Assembly: GCA_963789955.1 (NCBI GenBank)
Contig: CAWBMV010000036.1
Location: 1-64,000, forward strand
Direction: 5' to 3'
Source: an uncultured Candidatus Rokubacteria bacterium
GTDB taxonomy: Bacteria; Methylomirabilota; Methylomirabilia; Rokubacteriales; CSP1-6
DNA: 64,000 bases
The notes beneath the pieces were generated by a model, which saw only the letters and a program-made list of their open reading frames with translations, was not told where the DNA came from and made no database searches. A program made the position numbers and the translations under genes. Each line of letters opens with the position of its first letter. Positions within the stretch are counted from its first letter, which is position 1. Shown here in pieces: positions 33,898 through 48,220 of the stretch.

Positions 33898-35251
33898 GCC
33901 ACCCCGCGCCGCCGACACGATCGTCGCGGTCGCGACGGCGATCGGCGAGAGCGCCATCGGGGTGATTCGCGTGAGCGGCCCGGACGCGATCGCGATCGTC
34001 GGTCCCCTGCTCCGGAGCGCCGTTCCGCTGGCGGCATTCCCTTCGCACGTCCTTCGCCGCGTCGGCATCGTCGACGCGAAGAGCTCAGAGCGCGTAGACG
34101 ACGCGCTGTGCGCGGTGATGCTCGCGCCGCGTTCGTATACGGGCGAGGACGTCGTGGAGCTGTCGTGTCACGGCTCGCCGGCGTTGCTGCGACTGGTGAC
34201 GCAATGGATCGTCGCCGGCGGCGCTCGGTTGGCGGCGCCCGGCGAGTTCACGCGCCGAGCGTTTCTGAACGGCCGTCTCGATCTCGCGCAGGCCGAGGCC
34301 GTGGCGCTCATGATCGGCGCGCGTACCGATCGCGCCGTCGCGCTCGCGGCGCGCGCGCTCGCGGGCGGACTCGCGGATCAGGTGCGGAGCTGGCGAGACA
34401 CCCTCGTGGAGATCATCGCCGGCCTCGAGGTGGTGCTCGACTTCCCTGACGAGCGTATCGGCCACGACCTCGAAGCCGCGCGCGCCACGATTGCCCGGCT
34501 CCAGGCCGCGGTCGACCGCGCGGTAGCGGCCGCTCGTCATGGCCGAGTCGTGCACGACGGGATCACGGTCGCCCTCATCGGTCCACCGAACGCCGGCAAG
34601 TCGAGCTTGCTGAACGCGCTGCTCGGCCGCGAGCGCGCGATCGTGTCCGCGGCGCCAGGCACGACGCGCGACGTGGTGGAAGCAACGATGGTGATCGGCG
34701 GCGTGCCCGTGCGGCTTCTCGACACGGCAGGGCTCGCCGTTCCCCACGATCCGATCGAAGCCGAAGGCATGCGGCGAAGTCGCCTGGCGATCGATGAGAG
34801 CGATCTCCTCCTGGTCGTGATGGACACGAGCATCCCCCCGGACCGACACGTCCTAGAAGAGACGGCAGACCGCGCGCGCGTCCTCGTGCTCACGAAGAGC
34901 GATCTCCCCCGTCATCCGGATGCCGTGTCCCTGCCCGGCGCGGTGAACGCCTCGACGGTCAGCGACGGCGGGATCGACTTGCTGCTCGAGCGCCTCGCGC
35001 AAGAGGTCGAGCATCGAGCCGCCGCGGCCGGAGACGAAGGCGGCATCGTGACGTCGCTTCGCCAGCTCGAGCTGCTTCAGGCATTCGCCAGTTCCCTCGC
35101 CTCGAGTGTGGCCGCGCTGGCGGAGGCGCCCCTCGAAGCGGCGCTAGTCGATCTGAAGCTTGCTCTTGGTCTCACCGGTGAAATCCTGGGTGTCGATGTG
35201 GGTGACGCGGTTCTCGACCGCATTTTCTCGACCTTCTGCCTCGGCAAGTGA
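33884..35251 (+). CDS. mnmE: tRNA modification GTPase MnmE
   Basis: DTIVAVAT, SYTGEDVVE, GEFTRRAFLNG, GPPNAGKSS, GTTRD, FSTFCLGK; start codon unclear (ACG at 33884?). Confidence 0.95.
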   Translation, partial: TPGPEPPRAADTIVAVATAIGESAIGVIRVSGPDAIAIVGPLLRSAVPLAAFPSHVLRRVGIVDAKSSERVDDALCAVMLAPRSYTGEDVVELSCHGSPALLRLVTQWIVAGGARLAAPGEFTRRAFLNGRLDLAQAEAVALMIGARTDRAVALAARALAGGLADQVRSWRDTLVEIIAGLEVVLDFPDERIGHDLEAARATIARLQAAVDRAVAAARHGRVVHDGITVALIGPPNAGKSSLLNALLGRERAIVSAAPGTTRDVVEATMVIGGVPVRLLDTAGLAVPHDPIEAEGMRRSRLAIDESDLLLVVMDTSIPPDRHVLEETADRARVLVLTKSDLPRHPDAVSLPGAVNASTVSDGGIDLLLERLAQEVEHRAAAAGDEGGIVTSLRQLELLQAFASSLASSVAALAEAPLEAALVDLKLALGLTGEILGVDVGDAVLDRIFSTFCLGK

Positions 35252-35861
35252 CGCCGCTGGAGGCCCTGTCCAATGGGGCCGGGGCGATCCTGAAGCGACC
35301 GCTTTCCGTTCGCGAGCGCGACAACTTTGGCAAATATCTGAGTCTATTGTTGAAATGGCAGAAGGCCCATCGCCTGGTGGGTTCGTCCGACCCGATGTGG
35401 ATCGTGGAACATCTCTTTCTGGATAGCCTGCTCTTCCTGAAGCTGCTTCCCTCTTCAGTTCGAAGCTCTGGGAGACGTGGGTTCGGGCGCCGGTCTGCCC
35501 GGGGCTCCCGATCAAGATCGTCAGGCGTGAGATCGACGTGGTCTTGATCGAGTCGCGCCGCCGCCGGGCAATGTTCCTCACCAGCGCCATTCGAGTGATG
35601 AGGCTTGGTGGGGCCCGTGTCGCAGAGGGCCGAGTCGAGAGCCTCGGCGAGGAGCTCGGCGGGCGGCTCGACGCCGTGGTCATGCGCTGCGCCGGCGATG
35701 TCGAGGAGATGATTCCCGCCGCGGCGGCCCTGGTGTCGGAGTCCGGAATCGTCGTTGCGTCGGGTCCGCCGAAGCCGAAACCCCTATCCATCGGAGAATG
35801 GGCCACCGTTCCCGGAGTCAGGCCGGGCTCATCCCGCCGCTTTGCAGTTTACCGACCCTAG
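35248..35861 (+). CDS. rsmG: 16S rRNA m7G527 methyltransferase RsmG/GidB (frameshifted)
   Basis: LLKWQKAHRLV, HLFLDSL, DVGSGAGLPG (shifted frame), LIESRRRR; position before parA. Confidence 0.88.
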
Positions 35862-35968
35862 GCTCGTAGCGGTCGGAGGCACGGACCATTGGGCGTGGCC
35901 GCTGCTAGACGTACTACAGCGGCACCCATTAACGGAAAGTTTGACTGGACATGGCAGACTGTGGAAAG

Positions 35969-36035
35969 TGTTGCGCGTGGAACACTCGGCATAATAGCAA
36001 ACACGTGTTGACTAGATAGTGTGCGTCGTGGAACA
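35969..36035. promoter_or_regulatory. Two degenerate parS-like sites
   Basis: TGTTGCGCGTGGAACA (14/16) and TGTGCGTCGTGGAACA (13/16) versus TGTTCCACGTGGAACA. Confidence 0.55.
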
Positions 36036-36063
36036 CTCTAGCGGCGAAGGCAAGGGCTGAACG

Positions 36064-36831
36064 ATGGCTCGGACCCTCGCGATCGTGAACCAGAAGGGTG
36101 GCGTCGGGAAGACGACAACCGCCGTGAATCTGGCCGCAGGGCTCGCGCTGGCCGAGCGGCCTACGCTCATCGTCGATCTCGACCCGCAGGGAAACGCGAC
36201 GACCGGGCTGGGCGTCCAGAAGAGCGGCCTCCATCCGACGGTCTATCACGTCCTCCTCGGTGGCGAAGCGGCCGAGAAGGCGATCCGCGAGACGGTCGTA
36301 CCTGGGCTGAAGCTGCTTCCGGCCGACATCGATCTGGTCGGGGCCGAGATCGAGCTCGTCGGGGTCGAGAGGCGAGAGCACCGACTCAGGGACGTATTGG
36401 CTACGGTTTCTGCGGCCTACGACTACATCATCATCGATTGTCCGCCGTCGCTGGGGCTACTGACCATCAACGCGCTCGTCGCGGCCGACCGGGTTCTAGT
36501 TCCGCTGCAGTGCGAGTTCTACGCGCTCGAGGGCCTCGCGCATCTACTCAAGAAGACCGTGAAGCTTGTCCGGGACAAGCTCAATCCCGGCCTGGACCTC
36601 TTGGGGATCTTGCTGACGATGTTCGATGGCCGCACGAGCCTCACGCTCCAGATCCGCGAAGAGGTCAATCGATACTTTCCTGGCCAGGTGTTTGACACGG
36701 TCATTCCGCGCAACGTCCGCCTCACGGAGGCGCCCAGCCACGGTAGGCCGGTCATGCTTCACGACCTCAAGTCCAGTGGCTCCGCCGCATACCTCGAACT
36801 GACTCGGGAGGTGCTGAACCATGATTACTAA
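36064..36831 (+). CDS. parA: Chromosome partitioning ATPase ParA/Soj
   Basis: NQKGGVGKTTT, DLDPQGNAT, IDCPPSLG, IPRNVRLTEAPSHG. Confidence 0.97.
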   Translation: MARTLAIVNQKGGVGKTTTAVNLAAGLALAERPTLIVDLDPQGNATTGLGVQKSGLHPTVYHVLLGGEAAEKAIRETVVPGLKLLPADIDLVGAEIELVGVERREHRLRDVLATVSAAYDYIIIDCPPSLGLLTINALVAADRVLVPLQCEFYALEGLAHLLKKTVKLVRDKLNPGLDLLGILLTMFDGRTSLTLQIREEVNRYFPGQVFDTVIPRNVRLTEAPSHGRPVMLHDLKSSGSAAYLELTREVLNHDY

Positions 36832-37678
36832 GCGAGGTCTCGGTCGTGGGTTGGGCGCGCTGTTGGCCTCTGAGCCGGCGGAAGCGGAAGCGCTCGTCGA
36901 CGTACCGATCGATCAGATCGAGGTGAACCCGAACCAGCCCAGGAAGGTGTTCGACTTCACGGCGCTGGACGAGCTGGCCGCGTCCATCAAGTCGTCTGGA
37001 GTCATCCAGCCGATCATCGTCCGAAGAATCGGGGGAGCCTACCAGCTCATCGCCGGAGAGCGGCGGTGGCGTGCGGCGCGTCAGGCCGGGCTCGAGCGGA
37101 TTCCCGCGATCGTGCGCGAGGCCACCGACGCGCAGAGCATCGAGCTCGCACTCGTCGAGAATCTGCTGCGCGAGGATTTGAACCCGATCGAGGCGGCGCA
37201 GGCCTATCAGAAGCTTCTCGCGGAGTTCGCGTGGACGCAGGAAGAGCTCGCGCAGCGGATCGGGAAGGACCGCACGTCGATCGCGAACTGTCTCCGGCTG
37301 CTGAAACTGCCGGAGGAAATCCAGGCCGATCTGCGAAGCGGCCGCCTGACGATGGGCCACGCGCGCGCACTGCTGGCGTTGCCGACAGTTTCCGAGCAGC
37401 TCCGGCTGCGAGACGAGATTCTGACCCACGACTGGTCGGTCCGGACGACCGAGGATTCGATCCGCGCGAAGGAGTCGCTCGCCGAGGCCCGCGGGCTGGC
37501 GCCGCGGAAGGGCCGGCGGCGCTCCGTCGAGCTGGCGGCGCTCGAGGAGGCGCTCCAGCGTGGCCTGATGACGCGCGTGCGGATCATCGGCAACGAGCGA
37601 AAGGGTAAGATCGAGGTCAGCTACGCGACGCCCGACGAGCTCGAGCGGCTCGCCGAGATCTTCGGCGCTCGCCACTAG
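36821..37678 (+). CDS. parB: Chromosome partitioning protein ParB/Spo0J
   Basis: GLGRGLGAL, NPNQPR, IAGERRWRAA, ALVENLLREDLNPIE, HTH. Confidence 0.97.
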   Translation: MITKRGLGRGLGALLASEPAEAEALVDVPIDQIEVNPNQPRKVFDFTALDELAASIKSSGVIQPIIVRRIGGAYQLIAGERRWRAARQAGLERIPAIVREATDAQSIELALVENLLREDLNPIEAAQAYQKLLAEFAWTQEELAQRIGKDRTSIANCLRLLKLPEEIQADLRSGRLTMGHARALLALPTVSEQLRLRDEILTHDWSVRTTEDSIRAKESLAEARGLAPRKGRRRSVELAALEEALQRGLMTRVRIIGNERKGKIEVSYATPDELERLAEIFGARH

Positions 37679-37730
37679 ATCGCGGCCGGCAAGCGCGAGA
37701 CACGCACACGAGGTCGCGACCAGGCGCGAA

Positions 37731-38816
37731 ATGGCAGATCGTATCGTCGTCGGCATGAGCGGAGGAGTCGACTCGTCGGTCGCCGCGGCCCTGCTGGTGG
37801 AGCAGGGGTGCGACGTCGTCGGCATCACCATGCGCGTCTGGCCGCGCCAGGAAGCGGACGAGCCGACGAAGCGGTTCGGAAGCTGCTGCGGCACCGAGGC
37901 GGTCGAGGACGCGCGCCAGGTCGCGCGCACGCTCGGTATTCCGCACTACCTCCTCAGCATGGACGAAGAATTTAACCAAAAGGTGATCGACCAGTTCGTC
38001 GATTCATACGGCAAAGGGCAGACTCCGATTCCGTGCTTGTCGTGTAACAGCAACCTAAAGTTCGGTTCGCTGCTCGGGCGCGCGCGCGCGTGGGACGCCG
38101 CGGCCGTCGCCACCGGGCACTACGCGCGGGTCGAGCGCGATCCGGTCACGGGACGCCATCTGCTCCTGCGGCCCAAGGATCTACGGAAGGACCAGACCGA
38201 TTTTCTCTGGCCCCTCACGCAGGCGCAGCTCGGCGCGGCGCGGTTTCCGATCGGCGAGCTCACGAAGGACGAGGTACGAGCCCGCGCGCGGCGCCTGGCG
38301 CTGGTCACCGCCGACAAGCCGGAGAGCCAGGACATCTGCTTCGTCCCCGACGACGACTATCGCGGCTTCCTGCGACGCCGTGCCCCCGAGGTGTTTCGGC
38401 CCGGCGCGGTCGTCGATCGGCTCGGCACCACGCTCGGCGCGCACGGCGGTATCGCGGGGTTCACCGTCGGCCAGAAGCGCGGGCTCGGGCTGGCGGCCGG
38501 CCGGCCGCTCTACGTGATCGACCTCGATCCCGAGCGCAACACGGTCACGGTCGGCGGCGCGGCCGAGCTCGAGCGCGACCGGCTCGTGGCGACCGCGGTC
38601 AATTTCATCGCGTGCGCGCCGCCGACCTCTCCGCTGCGCGTCGCGGCAAAGATCCGCCACAGCCACCAGCCGGCGCCGGCCACCGTGCGTGCGCTGGAAG
38701 GCGACGCCGCGGAGGTCGTCTTCGACACCCCGCAGCGCGCCGTGAGCCCCGGCCAGTCGGTGGTCTTTTACGACGGCGACGTCGTGGTCGGGGGCGGGGT
38801 CATTTCGCGCTCGTGA
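37731..38816 (+). CDS. mnmA: tRNA 2-thiouridylase MnmA
   Basis: MSGGVDSSV, PCLSCN, ATGHYAR, KDQT, ESQDICF, PGQSVVFY. Confidence 0.96.
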   Translation: MADRIVVGMSGGVDSSVAAALLVEQGCDVVGITMRVWPRQEADEPTKRFGSCCGTEAVEDARQVARTLGIPHYLLSMDEEFNQKVIDQFVDSYGKGQTPIPCLSCNSNLKFGSLLGRARAWDAAAVATGHYARVERDPVTGRHLLLRPKDLRKDQTDFLWPLTQAQLGAARFPIGELTKDEVRARARRLALVTADKPESQDICFVPDDDYRGFLRRRAPEVFRPGAVVDRLGTTLGAHGGIAGFTVGQKRGLGLAAGRPLYVIDLDPERNTVTVGGAAELERDRLVATAVNFIACAPPTSPLRVAAKIRHSHQPAPATVRALEGDAAEVVFDTPQRAVSPGQSVVFYDGDVVVGGGVISRS

Positions 38817-38831
38817 GGCCGCGCGCGGCGA

Positions 38832-38861
38832 TTGACACCGAGCGGAATTGCGTGATAGTTT
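38832..38861 (+). promoter_or_regulatory. Candidate promoter of atp operon
   Basis: TTGACA-18 bp-TAGTTT with extended -10 TG. Confidence 0.45.
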
Positions 38862-38905
38862 TCACAAACCTTCGTCGGGCATCTCGAGATCGAGGAGACC
38901 TCCGA

Positions 38906-39503
38906 ATGCATCAGCGTGTACGGGAATGGATCGGCACCGTCGCGCGTATCGTCGTCCTGCTGGTGTTGCTGGCGCCGGGCATCGCGCTGGCGGCGAGCGA
39001 GGGCGGGCACGAGAGCGGCGGCCTCATCAGCCTCGACAAGTCGCTGATCATCCAGTTCCTGAACTTCATCATCTTGCTGCTGATCCTGCAGCGTCTGCTC
39101 TACAAGCCGTTCCTCGCGAAGATGGCCGAGCGCACGCAGGCGATCCAGAAATCGCTCGACGAGGCGCAGGCGGCACGCGCCGAAGCCGCGCGCCAGCAGG
39201 AGGAGAACGAGACGCGGCTCCGCACGTCGCTTAGCCGAGGCGGCGGCCATCCGCGCACAGGCCCTGAAGGACGCGGCGGACGAGCAAAAGCGGCTGGTCG
39301 ACGCCGCGCGCGCTGAATCGCAGCGCCTCGTCGAGACCGCGAAGGCGCAGATGGACGCGGACGTGCGCCGCGCGCGTGACGAGTTGCGGCGCGAGGTCGC
39401 CGACCTGGCGACGGCGGTCGCCGAGAAGCTCATGCGCCGCAGCCTGCGCGACGAAGATCACCGGCGGATCGTCGCGGACGCGATTTCCAAGGTCGGCAAC
39501 TAG
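38906..39503 (+). CDS. atpF: ATP synthase F0 subunit b (frameshift near 39230)
   Basis: IIQFLNFIILLLILQRLLYKP..ERTQAI, coiled coil, EVADLATAVAEK; N-terminal signal-like extension. Confidence 0.9.
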
Positions 39504-40052
39504 GTGAAGGCCTCGCCCGGCGTCGCCCGCTCCTACGGGAAGGCGCTCTTCGAGCTCGCCCGCGAGCGCAACCAGGTGGACGTCATCGCGCGCGAGCTCG
39601 AGGCGGTCGCGGCCCAGTTCGCCAGCGAGCCCGGGCTGCACGCGTTCTTCGCGCGCCCGTGGGTCACCTCGGCCGCCAAGCGCGGCGTCGCGGCCGAGAT
39701 CGCGAGCCGGCTCCAGGTCTCGAAGCTCGCCCAGGATTTTCTCGCGCTGGTGGCCGCGCAGGGGCGGGCCGACCACCTGGAGGCGATCGTCGGGGCCTTC
39801 CGTGAGCTCCACGACCAAGCCGAGAATCGCGTCCGCGCTCGCGTGCGGACCGCGGTCCCGCTCAACGACGCCGACCGCTCGGCGCTGACGGGAAAGCTGA
39901 GCCGCGCGCTGGGCGGCAAGCACGTGGTGCTCGAGGAAGTCGCCGACCGAGAGCTGCTCGGCGGCTTCGTGGCCGAAGTGGGCAGCCTGCTCGTCGACGG
40001 AAGCCTGGACGGACAGCTGGCGCGAATGCACCGACGCCTCGCGCAGGGGTAG
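39504..40052 (+). CDS. atpH: ATP synthase F1 delta
   Basis: [31 protein letters not shown]. Confidence 0.95.
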   Translation: MKASPGVARSYGKALFELARERNQVDVIARELEAVAAQFASEPGLHAFFARPWVTSAAKRGVAAEIASRLQVSKLAQDFLALVAAQGRADHLEAIVGAFRELHDQAENRVRARVRTAVPLNDADRSALTGKLSRALGGKHVVLEEVADRELLGGFVAEVGSLLVDGSLDGQLARMHRRLAQG

Positions 40053-40068
40053 GGGACAGGAGAGAGCG

Positions 40069-41595
<1,527 letters not shown>

Positions 41596-41606
41596 AGTCC
41601 GGCCCG

Positions 41607-43933
<2,327 letters not shown>

Positions 43934-43935
43934 CA

Positions 43936-44346
43936 GTGGCCGACCGGATCACGCTCGAGATCGCCACGCCGACGCGCCTGGTCGTGGCCGAGACGGTCGA
44001 CGAGATCGTCATCCCCGGCAGCCAGGGCTACTTCGGTGTGCTGCCGGGCCACGCGGCCTTCCTGACGACCCTCGGAATCGGCGAGCTCATGTACCGGATC
44101 GGGCGCGACGAGCACTATCTGGCGGTCTCGGGCGGCTTCGCCGAGGTGCGCAACGACAAGGTGATCGTGCTCGCTGATACCGCCGAGCGCCCCGAAGAGA
44201 TCGATCGTACGCGGGCCGAGCGCGCCCGCGAGCGCGCCGAGCGCCGGCTCGCCGGCCGCGTCGAGGAAGAAGTCGACTACCAGCGGGCGCTCGCCGCGCT
44301 GGCCCGCGCGCTGGCGCGACTCCTGACCGCCGGTCGCGCTCGCTAG
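43936..44346 (+). CDS. atpC: ATP synthase F1 epsilon
   Basis: LEIATP, GYFGVLPGH, VSGGFAEV. Confidence 0.97.
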   Translation: MADRITLEIATPTRLVVAETVDEIVIPGSQGYFGVLPGHAAFLTTLGIGELMYRIGRDEHYLAVSGGFAEVRNDKVIVLADTAERPEEIDRTRAERARERAERRLAGRVEEEVDYQRALAALARALARLLTAGRAR

Positions 44347-44420
44347 AAATCTCATCGACGGCCCGCCCCGCGTAGCCCGGTACAATTCGGACGACCCGTC
44401 AACGCGACGACCGCGAGGCT

Positions 44421-44457
44421 GCCCAGCGGCGTGGGCGCGGCGCCCGCCCCGCTGGGC
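44421..44457. terminator. GC-rich stem-loop after atp operon
   Basis: GCCCAGCGG...CCGCTGGGC with inner GGGCG/CGCCC; no U-tract. Confidence 0.35.
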
Positions 44458-44538
44458 GCCGGCGGAGCTCTGGGGCAGGGAACTCCGCGGCGTTGCGTGT
44501 GATTCGCGCTGGCATCGCGCTTGCCGTTAGAGATCGTC

Positions 44539-44925
44539 ATGCTAACGGTCCTGATCGCCGACGACGAGCCGTACGTGGTCGACCTCATCCGCCTCACGCT
44601 CGAAGACGAGCGCATTTCCGTCATCGATGCTTACGATGGCGAGACGGCGCTCGCTCACGCCGAGGCGATGCGGCCGGAGCTGATCTTCCTCGACGTCCAG
44701 CTGCCCGACATCAGCGGGCTCGAGGTGTGCGCGCGACTGCGGAGCGATCCCCGGTTCGCCGAGACCAAGATCGTGATGCTGACCGCGGCGGCCCAGGAGT
44801 CCGACGTCGCGCGGGGGCTCGCGGCCGGGGCCAATCACTATCTGACCAAGCCGTTCTCTCCGGTGCGCCTGCTCTCGCTCGTCGAGAGCGTGGTGCCGCA
44901 TGCGGCCGTATGGCAACGCGAGTAG
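44539..44925 (+). CDS. Single-domain response regulator
   Basis: VLIADDE, LIFLDVQLP, MLTA, YLTKPFS. Confidence 0.93.
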   Translation: MLTVLIADDEPYVVDLIRLTLEDERISVIDAYDGETALAHAEAMRPELIFLDVQLPDISGLEVCARLRSDPRFAETKIVMLTAAAQESDVARGLAAGANHYLTKPFSPVRLLSLVESVVPHAAVWQRE

Positions 44926-45644
44926 GCGCGGCGCCGGGCGACGACCTCACCGTCGCCTATCGCCGCCTCAACGCCGCGTACCAGCAAACGCTGCGGTACG
45001 CCGAGGACGTGCGGCGGCTCTACCAGCAGGTGCAGCGCGCGATCTATCAGTCGCTGCTCGGCCTGGCCAACGCGCTGGAGGCGAAGGACGCGTACACGCG
45101 AGGTCACTCCGAGCGGGTCGGCGCGTGGAGCCGCGGCGTCGCGTCGGCGCTCGGGCTGCCGCCCGGCGAGGTCGACATGATCGGCCAGGCCGGCCTCCTG
45201 CACGACATCGGGAAGATCGGCATTCCCGAAGGAGTACTGCGCAAGCCCGGCGCGCTCGATCCCGAGGAATGGACCGTGATGCGCAATCATCCGCTGATCG
45301 GCGCGCAGATCGTCGCGCCGTTCGACTTCTTCACGGGCGGCGCCTTGATGATCCGCCACCACCACGAGCGCTGGGACGGCTCCGGCTACCCGGACGGGCT
45401 GACCGGGGACGAGATTCCGCTCGGCGCGCGGATCATCGCGGTCGCGGACGTGTACGACGCGCTGACATCGAGCCGTCCGTATCGTGCCGCCCTCTCGCAC
45501 GCGACGGCGATCGAGCACCTCACGTCATCGGCGGGACTCACGCTCGACGAGGATGCGGTGTCCATGTTCGTCAGCCTGATCCAGACGCTGGCCACCGCGA
45601 AGCCCGATGTGGGCGCTCGATCAACCCTACGCTCCTCGGGCTGA
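44910..45644 (+). CDS. HD-GYP domain phosphodiesterase
   Basis: YTRGHSERV, LHDIGK, HHERWDGSGYPDG, ADVYDAL..RPYR. Confidence 0.93.
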   Translation: MATRVGAAPGDDLTVAYRRLNAAYQQTLRYAEDVRRLYQQVQRAIYQSLLGLANALEAKDAYTRGHSERVGAWSRGVASALGLPPGEVDMIGQAGLLHDIGKIGIPEGVLRKPGALDPEEWTVMRNHPLIGAQIVAPFDFFTGGALMIRHHHERWDGSGYPDGLTGDEIPLGARIIAVADVYDALTSSRPYRAALSHATAIEHLTSSAGLTLDEDAVSMFVSLIQTLATAKPDVGARSTLRSSG

Positions 45645-46414
45645 GCGCCTGCTCGCCGACACCCCACTGGCACTGCTCGCTAGTGCTGGCGGTCGGCGCC
45701 GCGGTCGCGATGCTCCTGGTCGAGGTCTCGATACTTCCGGCGCACGCCGTGCGCGTGATCGGCGTTACGGCGGGACAGGGCGCCTTGCTCGCCACCGCGC
45801 TGGCCTGGGCACCCGTGAGCCCGGCGTCGAGTGTGGTCGCGATCGCGCTGCTCGGGCTGGCCGCCACCGCATCCGCGGTGGCCGCTCCCGGTGCCGCCGC
45901 ATATCTGGCGCCCGCACTGTGGATCTCGTGGCTCGCCGCCCGCGGCCAGCTCGACAGCCTGGGTCTCGGCACGCCGGTCTCGTTGCGCGCCGTGGTGACG
46001 GGCGCCCTCGCGGGGGCCGGTCTCTCGATCCACTTGCTCGTCTCCGCGTCGCGGACTCTCGGTGTTCAGGTGCGCGTCGATCACGCGTCCGAGATACTGT
46101 CGGCGATCGCCTACGACGTCGGCGCCAACGTGCTCGCGGCCGAATGCTTCTTCCGCGGCGCGCTCTTCAATCGAGCCGCGCGGCGCTGGTCCTTCGCGAC
46201 CGCGGCGACCGTGGCGACGGCGGCGTACGTGCTCCGCTATCTCGTCGATCCGCTCCTGCCGAAGAGCCCCGAGCTGGTAGCCGGCGCCGTCTTCTACCTC
46301 GCGCTGCTCGGCGCGATCAACTGCTGGCTTCTGGCGTGGTCGCAGAGCCTGGTGCCGGGGCTCGTGAGCGCGACGCTCTTCTTCGCGGCGTACCGCACCC
46401 TCGGCCCGCGATGA
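45607..46414 (+). CDS. Membrane protein, CPBP/CAAX-protease-like (start uncertain, possible frameshift)
   Basis: Many TM segments, AECFFRGALF, SQSLVPG; first catalytic Glu and His motifs not seen. Confidence 0.55.
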
Positions 46415-47878
46415 GTCTCGTCGCGGCGGCTCTCGCGGTGATCACCACCTCGATCGCGCTCGAAGGAGGCGGCGCCGCCTCGCTCTTCCGTCACGCGTAT
46501 CTGGTGCCGGTGCTCGCGGCCGCTCTGCGATTCGGCGCGGTCGGCGGGGGGCTGGCCGCTGCGGCGGCAGTCCTGCTGAGCGCGCCGCTCGTGCTCCCGG
46601 AGATCGAGCGGTCGGGGATCACGACCGAGGCCGTCGAAGGGTTGGCGACGTTCGCGGTGCTGGGCCTGGTCGGAGTGCTGAGCGGGGTCCTGAGAGCTCG
46701 CGCCGGCCGTCACCGTCGGCGGTACGAGACTCTCGTGAGCATCCAGCGAGCGCTCTCGGACGAGGCCGCGCTCGACGTGTCACTCGCTCGGCTACGCGCC
46801 GCGCTCGCCGAGCGGCTGCGCGTGGACGAGACTCGCGCTGATCGTGCGAGACGACGAGCGGCTCGTCATCGCGGGCGGCGAGCGCGTCGCGGCCGGTTCG
46901 CTCGCCGCGCGCGTTCTCGAAGGCGGGAGATCGGCGTTCGTGTGTGACACCGGCGCGCGGGGCCGTCCGCGCCGCGCCTTCGCGACGCCATTGCTGTCGG
47001 GCGGGCGAGCCGTCGGCGTGCTGGCGGTCGAGCGGTGCGGTGATATCTCGACCGGCGAACGTGCCGCGCTGGAAACGATCGGCGCCCACGTCGGTGTGGC
47101 ACTCGAGAACGCCCGGTTGGTCTCCCGGCAGCGGCGCTTTGCCGCCGAGCTGCAGGAGCGAGTGGGGGCGGCGCGGCGGGAGCTCGAGGAGCTCGATCGC
47201 GCGAAGTCGGCGTTCGTCGCGATCGCGTCGCACGAGCTGCGCACGCCGCTGACGGCGCTGCAAGGCTTCAGCGAGATCCTGGCCGTTCGGCGCCTGCCTC
47301 CCGAAGAGGTCACGCGGCTCGCGCAGGTCATGCGCCGTGAGGCGAGACGCCTCGGTCGGATCGTCAGCGACCTGCTCGACCTCTCGCGGATCGAGCGGGG
47401 GCTCGAGCCGGCGCTCTGCCGAATTCCCGTGAAGATCGAGTCGACCATCGAGGCGACGGTCGACCTCTTTCGCCAGGGGACGGCGAGCCATCCGATCACG
47501 ACGGAGTGCGAGTCGGCACTGCCGGTCGTCGACGCCGACCCCGACGCGCTGGAGCGCGTCTTGACCAACCTGGTCTCGAACGCGATCAAGTACTCGCCGA
47601 GCGGCAGCACGGTTCGCGTCGGCGCCCGCGCGCTGGCGGGCGGCGTGGCGATCGAGGTCGCCGACGCCGGGCGGGGCATTCCGGCCGACGCGTTGAGCCG
47701 CGTGTTCGAGCCGTACTATCGCGTGCCGGACGCGGCGGGCGCGGCGCACGGCACCGGCATCGGCCTCGCCGTCGTCAAGGCGCTGGTCGAAGCTCACGGC
47801 GGAACAGTGCGGGTCGAGAGCGCGCCGGCGATGGGCACACGCGTGACCGTTGTTCTGCCGTCGGCGCCGCGGTCCTGA
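46411..47878 (+). CDS. Membrane sensor histidine kinase with GAF-like domain (frameshift near 46830)
   Basis: ASHELRTPL, NLVSNAIKYS, DAGRGI, GTGIGL; N-terminal TM helices; ALENARL. Confidence 0.9.
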
Positions 47879-47941
47879 CGCCAGGCGGGGGCGGTCCGTT
47901 CCTTGACACTCCGAGTCACAGGCGTGTAGGCTGACCGGGTT

Positions 47942-48220
47942 ATGCCTCGCCACGCAGCGGTTGCCGATCGCATGGCGAGCGCGGTGGTCAAGCGTCTGAC
48001 GGTGCGGAAGGTCGCCGAGATCAAGGACGAGAACACCGCGCGCGCTGCCATCCGTCAGGTGGTGCTCGACAACCTGAACGCCGAAGAGCAGCTCGACGCC
48101 GACGCCCGAAAGCTGCTGATGGACCACGCCAAGCAGATCAAGGACTCGGCGGCCGACTATCGGCAGCTCCTGGGCAAGGTGAAAGAGAAGCTCGCGCGCG
48201 AGCGGGGGTTCGTCCTCTGA
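47942..48220 (+). CDS. DUF507 family protein
   Basis: EEQLDADARKLL, KVKEKLARERGFVL; tandem with paralog; TTGACA-18-TAGGCT just upstream. Confidence 0.7.
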   Translation: MPRHAAVADRMASAVVKRLTVRKVAEIKDENTARAAIRQVVLDNLNAEEQLDADARKLLMDHAKQIKDSAADYRQLLGKVKEKLARERGFVL

